Notes: a model not told the origin generated them from the letters alone. 64,000 nucleotides of DNA from Bacilli bacterium (GCA_045653225.1 JAZOLP010000062.1:908-64907), one strand, 5' to 3'. Counted from the stretch's first letter, positions 7,679 to 18,365 are shown. Numbers and translations: made by a program.

Positions 7679-9209
7679 GAGAGGAGGAAAATCTTTGGAA
7701 GATAGAGAAATGTATAACTTTTCCAAAATGCAAATTGCATCAAAGAAAATGTTAGATCCTTCTGTTGACTTAAATAGCTTTAAAAAGGTAAATTCTACAT
7801 ATGGTGACAAGACAACTATTATGAAAGCAATTGATCAAAGAAATTATTCAGAATTAAGAAAAATTTCTAGCTTTTACTATGAGGTTAGTGGTATATATCA
7901 AAGACTTTGTAGATACGCGGCTTTCTTATATAGGTATGATTGGTATGTAACTCCAAATACTCTTAAGAAAACAACAAAAGAATTAACAGAAAAGGTTAAA
8001 GGAAAAATTTATGATAACTTTTTTGAAGTTGTTGAGTTTTTGGACAATTCATCTTTAAAACAATTATGCGGCGATATCGCTTTAAAAGTTGTGCGCGATG
8101 GTGTTTACTATGGCTATATTTTAGATAACCAAGAGAAAATAGATTTACAAGCATTGCCGCCAGATTATTGCAGAACTCGTTTCTTTAAAGGTGGAGAACC
8201 AACAGTTGAATTTAATATGAAATATTTTGATGATGCATTTACTGATACTGCGTATAGAATGCAGATTATTAATATGTTTCCAAAAGATTTTAGGAAGGGA
8301 TATATTAAATTTAAAGAACAACAATTAAAAGCTGAATATATGGGAGATAGTGACGGATGGTATTTATTAGACACATCAAGAACTGTAAAATTTAGCTTTA
8401 ACAATATTGAATCTCCATTGTTTATAAATGTAATTCCCGCAATTATTGATTTGGCTGAAGCTCAAGAAATTGATAGAAAAAGAATGATGCAACAGTTAGT
8501 TAAATTGATTATTCAAGAGTTGCCTTTAGATAAAAATGGTGAGTTAATATTTGACCCAGATGAAGCTGCGGATTTGCACAGTGTTGTTGTTGATATGTTA
8601 AAACGCACAGTTGGAACCGATTTAGTTACAACATTTGCAAATATGAAAGCAATTGATTTATCAGATCGTTCTTCGTCAACTTCTATTGATGAATTAGCTA
8701 AAGTTGAGAGAGGAATATTTAATCAATCTGGTGTATCTAACAATTTGTTTAATACAGAAGGTAATACTTCTTTAGACAGAAGTATTTTAAATGACGAGGG
8801 TAGTGGCCGCAACTTACTATTACAGTTTGAGAATTTTTCAAACAAGGGTTTAAGATTGCGCTTCCCAGATAAGAAAAAATATGGTTTTAAAGCTGAATTT
8901 TTAGAAACAACACAATATAATTATAAAGATTTAGCTAAATTATATAAAGAGCAAACTCAGTTAGGTTTTTCTAAAGTATTACCACAAATTGCTCTTGGTC
9001 ATACTCAAATGGAAATTTTACAATCTATTACATTTGAAAATGATATTCTTGAATTATCAAAAATTATGATACCACCAATGATGAGCTCAACAATGAACGC
9101 AGAAACTTTAGCTCAGGTTCATGGAGACAAAAAGTCTGTTGGCGGACAAGAATTACCTGATAATGAAAAAAGTGATAAAACATTAGCAAATAAAGAAGCA
9201 ATGGGTTAA
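7671..9209 (+). CDS. portal protein (putative, assigned by position and size). The start is uncertain; GTG at 7671 and TTG at 7695 are both possible.
   Basis: About 500 aa immediately after the terminase; synteny. Confidence 0.45.
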   Translation: MIERGGKSLEDREMYNFSKMQIASKKMLDPSVDLNSFKKVNSTYGDKTTIMKAIDQRNYSELRKISSFYYEVSGIYQRLCRYAAFLYRYDWYVTPNTLKKTTKELTEKVKGKIYDNFFEVVEFLDNSSLKQLCGDIALKVVRDGVYYGYILDNQEKIDLQALPPDYCRTRFFKGGEPTVEFNMKYFDDAFTDTAYRMQIINMFPKDFRKGYIKFKEQQLKAEYMGDSDGWYLLDTSRTVKFSFNNIESPLFINVIPAIIDLAEAQEIDRKRMMQQLVKLIIQELPLDKNGELIFDPDEAADLHSVVVDMLKRTVGTDLVTTFANMKAIDLSDRSSSTSIDELAKVERGIFNQSGVSNNLFNTEGNTSLDRSILNDEGSGRNLLLQFENFSNKGLRLRFPDKKKYGFKAEFLETTQYNYKDLAKLYKEQTQLGFSKVLPQIALGHTQMEILQSITFENDILELSKIMIPPMMSSTMNAETLAQVHGDKKSVGGQELPDNEKSDKTLANKEAMG

Positions 9210-9225
9210 ATAGGAGGAGAAATAA

Positions 9226-10701
9226 ATGAGACATATCAGTATTCCTATTGAACAATCTTGCGAATTTTTGGATATAGTTCCTATTAATCCTCTTATTTCT
9301 AAATGCAACATTAAAGTTCTTTATGTTGATGATGAAAATCCAAATAGAAATAAAAGTTTAATTACCAAAGAGGCTGCTATTAAGTTGGCGGCTTCTTTGC
9401 CAGGATGTCCAATCGTAGGAAAATTCAATGAAGGTATTGGAGATTTTGAAGAACACGAAGAAATCTTAACAAAAAGAGATGGTCAATGGAAATTAAGCAC
9501 TAATACTGTTCCTTATGGATTTGTTGATTTACATGCGAAAGTATGGTTTCAAAAATTTGAAGATGACCATCAAATAATTAGAGAGTATTTGTGTACAGAA
9601 GGTTATATCTGGACCGGTCAGTATCCTGAGTCTAAAGTTATTGTTGACGAAGGTCGCGGACAATCTATGGAATTTGATGAAGATTTTTTAGACTTTTCGT
9701 GGGCAAAAACAGATAATGGAAAACGCAAATTTTTCATAGTAAATGACGGAATAATTTCAAAACTTTGCGTTTTAGGTGAACACAAAGAACCTTGTTTTGA
9801 GGGAGCCTCAATACAAGTTAATTTTTCACTTGAAGATAGCTTTAAAACAACTTTTAGTGCTATGATTAGTGAAATGCAAGAATTATTAGAAGGAGGACAA
9901 AAACAATCTATGGATATTCTTAAATATGAAGTTGCGCAAGACAGCGCATTGTTTACTACTTTTTCTGAACAGATTGTAGAAACCGCACAGGTTTTAGGCT
10001 TCTTCACAGAAGGAGAACAACATTTCGCAATTATTGAAGATGGCGATTCTCACCTTAGAGTTAATTTTTCTTATGATAATGAAGAACTTGTTTGCGAAAG
10101 TGAATTAGTTGAAGTTGAAAAAACTTTTATCGAAGAAAATGGTGGCGTTCAATTTTTTGCAAAAAAAGAGGACAAAACTGAACAAGATGATAAGGACGAA
10201 AAAGAAGATAAAATAGAAGATAAGCCTGAAGAAAAAGAAGACAAACCTGAAGAAGAGCAAAAAGAAGAAAAAGAAGAAGATAAAAAGAAAACTTCTTATT
10301 CTGTTGAAGAATATGAAGCACTTCAATCAGAACTTTCTGAACTTCAAACACAATTCTCTGCTCTTGAAGAAACAAATCTTTCTTTACAGGAAGAAATATC
10401 AGTATTATCAAAATTTAAAGCGGATATTGAACTCAAAGAAAAACAGAATATGATTAAAACATTCTCAATGTTATCAGATGAAGACAAAAAAGAAGTAGTT
10501 GATAATATTGAAAAATATTCTCTTGATGAAATTGAAGCAAAACTTTCTATTCTCTGTGTTAGAAACAAAGTTAATTTTAACTTAGCAGATGACGGAGAAG
10601 ATAAAGGTATGTCTTTAAATATTGATTCTGCGCAAGGATCATTTGATTCAGCTCCTGCGTGGGTGCGTGCCGCAGAAGAAGTAAGAAAACAACAATTATA
10701 A
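9226..10701 (+). CDS. scaffolding-like protein, possibly a protease-scaffold fusion
   Basis: Long KE-rich acidic low-complexity segment and a C-terminal coiled coil (EEYEALQSELSELQTQFSALEE...); it lies between the portal and capsid genes. Confidence 0.4.
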   Translation: MRHISIPIEQSCEFLDIVPINPLISKCNIKVLYVDDENPNRNKSLITKEAAIKLAASLPGCPIVGKFNEGIGDFEEHEEILTKRDGQWKLSTNTVPYGFVDLHAKVWFQKFEDDHQIIREYLCTEGYIWTGQYPESKVIVDEGRGQSMEFDEDFLDFSWAKTDNGKRKFFIVNDGIISKLCVLGEHKEPCFEGASIQVNFSLEDSFKTTFSAMISEMQELLEGGQKQSMDILKYEVAQDSALFTTFSEQIVETAQVLGFFTEGEQHFAIIEDGDSHLRVNFSYDNEELVCESELVEVEKTFIEENGGVQFFAKKEDKTEQDDKDEKEDKIEDKPEEKEDKPEEEQKEEKEEDKKKTSYSVEEYEALQSELSELQTQFSALEETNLSLQEEISVLSKFKADIELKEKQNMIKTFSMLSDEDKKEVVDNIEKYSLDEIEAKLSILCVRNKVNFNLADDGEDKGMSLNIDSAQGSFDSAPAWVRAAEEVRKQQL

Positions 10702-10731
10702 TTTAAATAAAAATAAAGGAGGACTTTTAAA

Positions 10732-11223
10732 ATGGCTAAAACAAGATTAAGCAAAGCTACTTTTGTTAAATTTGGTTATGGTCAGGTTGAACCAAACCAT
10801 CTTTCAGCTATGAGAACAGGTCAAATCTATGCTCAGCTTCCTGCTGGCGAAGATGTTCTTGAACAGGGTATGTTTGCTAAATATGATTATGAAAATAATG
10901 AAGTAAACTTTGACGGCGCAGGCGAAGCTATGCTCGTATTCTGTGAAGAAAAAGTTTATGATGCTAGAGAAACAAATGCAGATTTTGCATGTAAAAAAGG
11001 CGGAGTTAATCCAAGACTTTTCAAAACAAATGTTGGTGATATTTTCACAACAAACACAGTAAATGGTTCAGCAGAAACACTTGAAGTTGGTGTTAAACTT
11101 GCTCCTGGCGCAGACGGCATTCTTGCAGTTACAGAAGGCGAAGATGGCATGCTTTGGAACATTGTAAAAGTTTATACACTTGCTGATGGTCAGCCTGCAG
11201 TTAAAATCCAAAGAATTCAGTAA
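10732..11223 (+). CDS. abundant small head protein (decoration or structural candidate)
   Basis: Very strong RBS AAGGAGGA; position just before the capsid gene. Confidence 0.3.
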   Translation: MAKTRLSKATFVKFGYGQVEPNHLSAMRTGQIYAQLPAGEDVLEQGMFAKYDYENNEVNFDGAGEAMLVFCEEKVYDARETNADFACKKGGVNPRLFKTNVGDIFTTNTVNGSAETLEVGVKLAPGADGILAVTEGEDGMLWNIVKVYTLADGQPAVKIQRIQ

Positions 11224-11242
11224 TAGGGAGGGAAAATAGATA

Positions 11243-12262
11243 ATGTTAGAAAGAAACGAATTATTTAGCCTTGTAAAAACACTTGCAAAGGCAGACCCTT
11301 CTGTTGCTACAGCTTACAGCTTTGGGGGTCAGTCATATTCATATGACGTTTTAAATGAAACAGCTAGACGTGAATTGAACGAATATTTAGGTTCAAACGC
11401 ACTTTATAGAGAAAATAAAAACATGTTCTTCACACTTATGGAAGAAGTTCTTTCAGACGTACTTCCAAAAAAAGTTATCGCACAGTATGGCGATTTCGCA
11501 GAAGTTAAAGTATTCGGCCAGGGTGACAAACCTACATTCAGAAGAAAACTTGGTAGACAGAGAGCTAAACAGTTTATCACAAAAGTAGGTCTTGCTGGTG
11601 TATACGAAGTATTCAGACTTGGTGAAGAAACATTTGATGTTGATACACAAGCATTTGGTGGCGCAGCTCGCGTAGGTATTGAAGAATTCCTTGATGGTAG
11701 AGTTGATTTTGCAGAACTTATCGCTATTGTTATGGAAGGCTTAGATGAAAACGTTTACAAAGAAATTGCAAATTCTCTTATCGCAGCAGTTAGTCAGCTT
11801 CCAGCTAATAACTATGTTGCAGAACCTTCTTTTGATGAAGCTAAATTTGATAAACTCCTTGGCGTAGTAAGCGCATATGGTGTTCCAACAATTTACTGCA
11901 CATATGAATTTGCTGTAACAATGATGCCTGCAGATAAATGGATTTCAGAAGCAATGAAAGACGAAAGATGGCAGAATGGTTACTTTACAACATATAAAGG
12001 TCATAGAGTAATTATCCTTCCACAGTCTTTTGAAGATGAAACAAATACAATGAAAGTTATCGATCCAGGTTATTGCTACATTATGCCATCTGGAGAAGGT
12101 AAACCAGTTAAAGTTGCATTTGAGGGAGCAACAGCTGTTAAAGAAGTAGAAAACGAAGATTGGTCAAGAGAATTCAGAGTTTACAAGAAACTCGGTGTTG
12201 CTACAATCATGACAAACAATATCGCTATCTACAGAAATACATCACTTACAAAACAGTATTAA
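11243..12262 (+). CDS. major capsid protein (putative)
   Basis: 339 aa; strong RBS GGGAGGGAAAA; synteny with scaffold upstream and connector genes downstream. Confidence 0.45.
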   Translation: MLERNELFSLVKTLAKADPSVATAYSFGGQSYSYDVLNETARRELNEYLGSNALYRENKNMFFTLMEEVLSDVLPKKVIAQYGDFAEVKVFGQGDKPTFRRKLGRQRAKQFITKVGLAGVYEVFRLGEETFDVDTQAFGGAARVGIEEFLDGRVDFAELIAIVMEGLDENVYKEIANSLIAAVSQLPANNYVAEPSFDEAKFDKLLGVVSAYGVPTIYCTYEFAVTMMPADKWISEAMKDERWQNGYFTTYKGHRVIILPQSFEDETNTMKVIDPGYCYIMPSGEGKPVKVAFEGATAVKEVENEDWSREFRVYKKLGVATIMTNNIAIYRNTSLTKQY

Positions 12263-12341
12263 TTTATATAGGGTTTTAATTTAGTGGCGGGTTTCGGCTC
12301 GTCACTAACAAACCCACTTGAGAGAAAAAGGAGTTAAAACA

Positions 12342-12914
12342 ATGAAAGAAATCGTATTAGTGAAAAATAGAAGTAGCGCAACAGCTGGATATACAATTCC
12401 AGAGACAGGCGTTACAAGAGAGTTCGCTCCAGGCGAAACACAAAAAATTCCAAAAGAAGAGATTGAAAAATTATCTTATCTTCCTGGCGGAAAAGTTCTT
12501 CTTGCAGATTATTTCTTAATCGATGATAAGGAGCTTGCCGCAGATTTATGTCCAAACAGTTTAGAGCCTGAATATTGGATGTCGGAAGAAAATGTAAAAG
12601 ATATGATGCTTCACGGGTCAATTGAACAGTTTTTAGATTGTTTAGACTATGCGCCTATTGGTGTTTTAGATTTAATGAAAAAATATGCAGTTACATTACC
12701 ACTTGGTAATTTACAAAAGATTGAAGCATTAAAAAATAAAACTGGTTTTGATACTACACTTGCTCTTGCAAGAGTTAAAGAATCAGTTATGGATGAAGAC
12801 AACAACACTACAGTTAAACCTTCTGCAAGACGTACTGCAGCACCTACCTATAATGAAAAACCTGCAACAGAAAGAAGAACCGACTATAGTGATAAATATA
12901 AAGTAATATCATAA
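12342..12914 (+). CDS. hypothetical head or neck protein. The start is moved to the Met that has an AAAAGGAG RBS.
   Basis: ORF track; RBS. Confidence 0.4.
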   Translation: MKEIVLVKNRSSATAGYTIPETGVTREFAPGETQKIPKEEIEKLSYLPGGKVLLADYFLIDDKELAADLCPNSLEPEYWMSEENVKDMMLHGSIEQFLDCLDYAPIGVLDLMKKYAVTLPLGNLQKIEALKNKTGFDTTLALARVKESVMDEDNNTTVKPSARRTAAPTYNEKPATERRTDYSDKYKVIS

Positions 12915-12932
12915 ATTTAGAGAGGAGGTCTC

Positions 12933-13448
12933 TTGGTGACTTTATTTCAAGAAGTTTATAATAATTTTTTAGGTAGAATTACCGAAGATATGTATATGGA
13001 GTATACTCCCAGAGACACAAAAAGAGATTGTCAATCATTATTAATAAGTGCGATGTCTAGTTTTGAATTTCCTCGTTTTAATGTATTTGATTATCAAATT
13101 GAAGAAATAGTAGAAAATAATGAGGGCGATTTTGAAGATCGCTCTTATTTTAATACAGATTTAACACTTGAAGAAATTACTATTTTAGCTGTTTTAATGA
13201 TGATAGAGTGGCTTGGTAGACAAATTAATTCTTGTGAAAATATTAGACAAAAATACTCTAGTGCAGATTTTAAGTTTACTTCTCAAGCGGCACATTTGGC
13301 GCAACTTACAAAACTGCAAGAAGAGAATTTAAAACATTCCACACATCTTCAACGTCTTTATAAACGTAGAATTCATGATTCTTCTACAAATAGAATCAAA
13401 TCTAATTGGAGTAATTTATTTGGGAAGAATGTGGGGAATTCAATATGA
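12933..13448 (+). CDS. head-tail connector or completion protein (putative)
   Basis: ORF track; AGAGGAGG RBS; synteny. Confidence 0.35.
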   Translation: MVTLFQEVYNNFLGRITEDMYMEYTPRDTKRDCQSLLISAMSSFEFPRFNVFDYQIEEIVENNEGDFEDRSYFNTDLTLEEITILAVLMMIEWLGRQINSCENIRQKYSSADFKFTSQAAHLAQLTKLQEENLKHSTHLQRLYKRRIHDSSTNRIKSNWSNLFGKNVGNSI

Positions 13449-13720
13449 TAATTCCTGTTGAAATTGAAAATAAAAATATTTTTCGTTTAGTTAATCAAAT
13501 ATGGAAATTAATTCCAATGCGTGAAAACGATGAAGATTGGAAAGCGCATTTAGATGGACTTATTGTGGAAATCGCGGGCTTACAAGAAATTTGCTCCCTT
13601 AATCTTTTGATTGTTTTGTCAAAGCTTAAAGGATTAAGAGTTGAAGAAACAAGCTTTTATACTTACCGTAACACAATATTTAAGACTATAAATCTTTTGA
13701 GTGAGGTGCTAAAAAAATGA
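13445..13720 (+). CDS. head-tail joining protein (putative)
   Basis: ATGA overlap coupling; synteny. Confidence 0.35.
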   Translation: MIIPVEIENKNIFRLVNQIWKLIPMRENDEDWKAHLDGLIVEIAGLQEICSLNLLIVLSKLKGLRVEETSFYTYRNTIFKTINLLSEVLKK

Positions 13721-14592
13721 TAGATAATTTAGAGCTAATGAAAAAAAGACTTGATTACTATGGTAGTAGCACCAATCCACGAAAAAGAATGGAAGGTCAT
13801 AAAATTAATTCTTTAAAATATGGTTTAGAAAATAATTCATATAACTCAGCAACGGTTGAGCTTGAGGGAAACACTTTTCCAGCATTAATAAATGAAGAGA
13901 GACTTACTGAAACTTTAAACAATAAAACTATTTCATGTCTAAAAGAAAATAACGTAGAAGAAGGAAAAGTAATAACTTGGCAAGAGACAAATACTAAATG
14001 GTTAGTTTATTCACATGATTTAAATGAAACTGCTTATTTTTTGGGTGGAATTCGTTTATGTGAGGAAACGCCATTGGTTATCAAAGATAAAGAGTATTAT
14101 TTTGCATTAGTGGGTCCCGCAGAAAAGAAGATTGTATCTTCTAAAAATGGATCTTTTGTAATTGATACTCCAAATCAGAGTTTAGATTTTTTAATACCGG
14201 CTTCCGCAGATATCGAAAGATACTTTAAATTTGAATATGCGGATAAAACCTGGGAAGTTCAATCAGTGAATACTGTTGACTATAAAAATATTTTAAGAGT
14301 TTATGCAGAAGAAAATTATGAGATAGTAGAAGATAAACCAGTTTTGGATGATGTTGTTGTAGATGATTGGTTATCAGGACCAGCTGTTGTAAAACCGTTA
14401 TCTGAAAATACTTATACTATTAACGATGATAGTTTAGAAGGCTCTTGGAATATTACAGGAGATAATATTAAAATTGTTTCTCAATCAGATAGAGAAATAA
14501 CTATTAAATGGGATTCTATTAAAAGTGGGTTCTTTACCGTTGCTTTTGGTAATAAAAGTCAATTAATTCTTGTAGAATCTTTATTTAATTAA
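13717..14592 (+). CDS. hypothetical neck or structural protein
   Basis: ORF track; overlap coupling. Confidence 0.35.
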   Translation: MIDNLELMKKRLDYYGSSTNPRKRMEGHKINSLKYGLENNSYNSATVELEGNTFPALINEERLTETLNNKTISCLKENNVEEGKVITWQETNTKWLVYSHDLNETAYFLGGIRLCEETPLVIKDKEYYFALVGPAEKKIVSSKNGSFVIDTPNQSLDFLIPASADIERYFKFEYADKTWEVQSVNTVDYKNILRVYAEENYEIVEDKPVLDDVVVDDWLSGPAVVKPLSENTYTINDDSLEGSWNITGDNIKIVSQSDREITIKWDSIKSGFFTVAFGNKSQLILVESLFN

Positions 14593-14616
14593 TGAGAGAA
14601 AAAGGAGTTTTGAGAT

Positions 14617-15150
14617 ATGATAGTAGGAAATACTGATTATTTATATGATAATAAATCGAGTTTCTTATCAATGGAAAAAGATTTTAGTATTATAATTACT
14701 AAAATGCTTGAAGACGAACAATTAAAGAAATTATTATATTATAAAACAGACGACTGCCTAAAAAGACCAAATTTAACACAAGCAGAAACTTTTTCTTTAA
14801 TTGATAAGCATATTAGAATTGTACCTAAAATTGAAACTACAGAAGAACAATTATCTTATGTAATTATTTCATTTGATAATTTTACTCCAAACGCGACAAA
14901 TCCTCAATTTAGAGATAATATTATTACTATTGATATATTATGTCATTTTGATTTGTGGAATTTAGGGGATTTTAAATTAAGACCTTATAAAATCGCAGGC
15001 CGCATCGATGCAAGATTAAATAATCAGAAATTAAGTGGTATTGGTACTTTACAATTTTTAGGTGCTAATAACCTTGTTATAAATGACCAGATAGCAGGAA
15101 TTACTTTAATGTACTCTGCAATTCATGGTGGAGAGGACACAAATGAATAA
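14617..15150 (+). CDS. tail completion protein (putative)
   Basis: ORF track; RBS AAAAGGAG. Confidence 0.35.
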   Translation: MIVGNTDYLYDNKSSFLSMEKDFSIIITKMLEDEQLKKLLYYKTDDCLKRPNLTQAETFSLIDKHIRIVPKIETTEEQLSYVIISFDNFTPNATNPQFRDNIITIDILCHFDLWNLGDFKLRPYKIAGRIDARLNNQKLSGIGTLQFLGANNLVINDQIAGITLMYSAIHGGEDTNE

Positions 15151-15862
15151 GCTTGCGCTTTATACAGGTGCAGATATTTTATTTGAACAAAACTTCTTTA
15201 TTCATCAGCCCACTATTGCGGAAATCTCCTCCATGTTTTCTGAGGCGGAGTTTTTTAAAGTACTCCAGTTCTGTACGAGAACACCGCAACCTGGTATGCA
15301 AATTAATAATCTTCTTTTGTTTTATGTAATTCTTCATAAAGGAGAAGGAGTTACAGAAGAAGATAGAAACAATATTGCTCTATTTTTAAATTTTCTTTTT
15401 AAAGATTGCCAAGTATCTTTACTTGAGCAAGGAATACTTCTTAGTAGAGAAGAGAAGAAAGAGTTTTTATTATTAGACAATGATTTATTTATTAAATTTC
15501 AAGATTATATAAAAGAAATTTTTTGTATTCATAAATTATTTAGTGAAAAAGTTGAAGCGGAAGAATTTAAACCCGTAGACGCGCGAGCCGCAGCAATTGC
15601 GGAAGCTCTCAACAAAGGGAGACAAAAAGTTGCCGAAGCAAAAACCGCTCAAGCAAATGAAAAAAGTGCGATTGGAGCTTATTTAGAAATTCTTTCTGTT
15701 GGACTTGGAGTCTCAATGCGTGATTTGGCTAATCATACATTTCATCAATTATTTGGATTAGTAGATAGGTTTTCAAAAAAGCAAAGTTTTGATATTGATT
15801 TACAATGTAGATTAGCTGGTGCAAAAGGGGATAAACCACTTGATAATTGGATGGGTATTTAA
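15143..15862 (+). CDS. hypothetical structural protein. The start is set at the Met with a GGAGAGGA RBS; the ORF track has 15125.
   Basis: ORF track. Confidence 0.35.
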   Translation: MNKLALYTGADILFEQNFFIHQPTIAEISSMFSEAEFFKVLQFCTRTPQPGMQINNLLLFYVILHKGEGVTEEDRNNIALFLNFLFKDCQVSLLEQGILLSREEKKEFLLLDNDLFIKFQDYIKEIFCIHKLFSEKVEAEEFKPVDARAAAIAEALNKGRQKVAEAKTAQANEKSAIGAYLEILSVGLGVSMRDLANHTFHQLFGLVDRFSKKQSFDIDLQCRLAGAKGDKPLDNWMGI

Positions 15863-15915
15863 AATTCTTTTTTTAATATAAAAATAAAACTTTTTTAAAG
15901 GAGGAAATATACACT

Positions 15916-16770
15916 ATGTTAGGTATGAATAAACAATTTGGCGTTAGAGAAATTGCAAACGTAGTTCTTAAAGCTAAAGCAGAAATGAAAATTGGCAATA
16001 CTGAATTCAAAGCAGGCGAACCAGTTCTTTATTTTGACACATTAAAAACATCAACAGTTGAGGGTGCAGCTACAACAGTATACGCAACTGGTGGTAGAGG
16101 TAACGCGAGATTAGTATCATGGGACGGCGAAAGAACAATCACATTCACAATGGAAGATGCTCTTATTTCTCCTATGGGTCTTGCTGTTCTTGCTGGCGCA
16201 GGCCTTATCTCTGAGTCAAAAGAAGCACATTTTAATGCTAGAATTGAAGGAACACTTGGCACAGATGGTAACGTAACAGCGGCTTGGCCAACAACTGATT
16301 TTAAAAAGCCAACTATTAAAGAGGGTACTGTTCTTAAAGCATATGCAGGTATTGTTGAAGGAGATGGATCAAATCCTGATAAATTAGTAGAAGCAACAAT
16401 AGATGCAGAAGGTGTTGAATTTACAGTATCAGAAAAACCCGATGCAGAAACAAATGTAACAGTATTTGTAGATTATTATTCTAATGAAAATGTTCTTACT
16501 ATTGATATCGAACCAGGTAAATTCTCAGGCAACTTCTATCTTGAAGCTGCTACATTATTCAGAGACACAGATGGTAAAGATCATGCTGCTGAATTTATAA
16601 TTCCAAACTGCCGTGTACAGTCAAACTTCACATTCACAATGGCTGCTACTGGTGATCCATCAACATTTACATTTACAATGGACGCATTCCCAGGTTATAC
16701 AGCTTATGACAAAACAAAGAAAGTACTCTGCGCAATCCAAGTACTTGGTGACTCTGCCAGTAGTAACTAA
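15916..16770 (+). CDS. major tail protein (putative)
   Basis: Strongest RBS in the block (AAAGGAGGAAATATACACT); 284 aa; followed directly by a terminator; lies upstream of the chaperone and tape measure genes. Confidence 0.5.
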   Translation: MLGMNKQFGVREIANVVLKAKAEMKIGNTEFKAGEPVLYFDTLKTSTVEGAATTVYATGGRGNARLVSWDGERTITFTMEDALISPMGLAVLAGAGLISESKEAHFNARIEGTLGTDGNVTAAWPTTDFKKPTIKEGTVLKAYAGIVEGDGSNPDKLVEATIDAEGVEFTVSEKPDAETNVTVFVDYYSNENVLTIDIEPGKFSGNFYLEAATLFRDTDGKDHAAEFIIPNCRVQSNFTFTMAATGDPSTFTFTMDAFPGYTAYDKTKKVLCAIQVLGDSASSN

Positions 16771-16861
16771 TAATATTACAGAAGAAGAAAACGAACCAGA
16801 AAATTATAATTTAGATTATGATTATGATTTTGGTTCTGGAGATCCAACAATTTGATTTTAA

Positions 16862-16892
16862 GGGAAGAGAGAAATCTCTTCCCTTATTTTTT
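16862..16892 (+). terminator. rho-independent terminator: GGGAAGAGA-gaaa-TCTCTTCCC followed by TTATTTTTT
   Basis: Perfect 9-bp stem and T-run. Confidence 0.6.
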
Positions 16893-16921
16893 ATTTAGAT
16901 CTAAAGAAAGGAGAGAAGAAT

Positions 16922-18334
16922 ATGGGAGCATTTGTATTTGGAAAAAAAACTATATATCCTTATGTTCATTTTCATTTTTCTCATTACCAAACAGATTCTG
17001 ATTATATAAAAGGTATTACTATGTTTCAAAGCGCATATAATCAAGCAAGTAATAATGCCTATAGCAACTATATTCAACAAAATTATAACGCTGCTCAATT
17101 ACGAGCATTGGAAAATGTGTTTGGACAGTATAACACAATAGAAACATGGGAATCTTATATTGCAGGAGTAATAGAATCTGAAATATCTTCTAATTTAAGA
17201 CAAAGTGTTGAGCATGTTTTAAACTCCAAGAATGCCTTTGTCTCGGCGATGTCTGGAGTAAATTTAACTGCTCGAAGAAGCGAGACTATTGATGATTTTT
17301 TGCGGAGTATTGGTAATATTTTAAAAGAACTTGGAGAAAATAATACAATATTTACAACAATGCGATATATTTTATTATCTAAAGGTACAAATCAAACATT
17401 ATCTAATTTAAGAGCAAGTTTTTGCAAAGCAATTCAAAAACAAGGTATCGGAAAAGTAGATTTAGAATTAACCAATAATATATTAACACGTTTTTATCAA
17501 CTTTTAAGCTCAGACCCAAATGGAAAATTAAAGAAGGGTGACGTAAAAGGCTTTGTTGGAAAAAAAATGGCTGAAGACTTAGAATTAATACCTCCAATGC
17601 TATTGTCTCGAGCAATCTCTTCATCTATTGGTAATAGCATAGGGCAATTACGTCATACTGGAAGCAATAGAAGAGGTAGCATTAAAATACAGGAAGTAAG
17701 TGGTGATGTATTTACAGAAGGTCCTGCGACAGTAGAAATTAAACCGGATTCTGTTTTAAAAATTAGAATAAATACAGACAATCAAATTTCTGGCTCTGTT
17801 GAGATTGATACTGGTATATCTACAAAATTTTATAATCAAAAGGCTTTAAAGGATTTTGGGGTGGGAACGATTAGCTCTACTCCTTTTTACCAATATGCGC
17901 TAGGTACATTAAAAAAACCAGATACCTTACAAATGAGACATATTCTTTCAAATACCATAGCTTTTCAAAAAGAAAATGGAAGTGAGTACGCGACATTAAA
18001 AAGTGCTATTATTAAACGATACATTACTACTTTTTTATCAGGTACAGGAACCACCTCCAATGAAATTAAAGATACTAGCCAAATTTTATTTGTTAATGAT
18101 AAAGCATATCCAATGTCACTAATTATTAAAAAAATTGCTCAATCTGAAGCTATACAAGATTTAGATGGTATTTTTAAGATTACCTATAAAAATCCTAATA
18201 AGTGGCTTGGAGACGGTGGTCCATCTAAAGCAAGAGCTTATAAGAGAAGCAAAGACTTTTTGCATAACTTACATAATATAAAAATGTCGATAAAGTTCCA
18301 TCCTGAACAGGTATTTACTAAATTAGGATTATAG
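16922..18334 (+). CDS. hypothetical tail protein
   Basis: ORF track; RBS AAAGGAGAGAAG. Confidence 0.4.
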   Translation: MGAFVFGKKTIYPYVHFHFSHYQTDSDYIKGITMFQSAYNQASNNAYSNYIQQNYNAAQLRALENVFGQYNTIETWESYIAGVIESEISSNLRQSVEHVLNSKNAFVSAMSGVNLTARRSETIDDFLRSIGNILKELGENNTIFTTMRYILLSKGTNQTLSNLRASFCKAIQKQGIGKVDLELTNNILTRFYQLLSSDPNGKLKKGDVKGFVGKKMAEDLELIPPMLLSRAISSSIGNSIGQLRHTGSNRRGSIKIQEVSGDVFTEGPATVEIKPDSVLKIRINTDNQISGSVEIDTGISTKFYNQKALKDFGVGTISSTPFYQYALGTLKKPDTLQMRHILSNTIAFQKENGSEYATLKSAIIKRYITTFLSGTGTTSNEIKDTSQILFVNDKAYPMSLIIKKIAQSEAIQDLDGIFKITYKNPNKWLGDGGPSKARAYKRSKDFLHNLHNIKMSIKFHPEQVFTKLGL

Positions 18335-18336
18335 TC

Positions 18337-18365
18337 TTGACAAAATCGAAAATTTTTGATAAAAT
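18337..18365 (+). promoter_or_regulatory. internal promoter: -35 TTGACA, 17-nt spacer, extended -10 TGaTAAAAT, before the chaperone and tape measure genes
   Basis: Consensus elements seen in the sequence. Confidence 0.45.

Noticed and set aside
9618-10754. Antisense ORFs at 9618-10007, 10105-10411 and 10344-10754, rich in F/L/K
   Set aside because: They are produced by the KE-rich low-complexity coding region of the scaffold gene on the opposite strand.
12263-12317. Hairpin GTGGCGGGTTT...AAACCCAC after the capsid gene, considered as a terminator
   Set aside because: The stem is imperfect and no T-tract follows, so it was not called.
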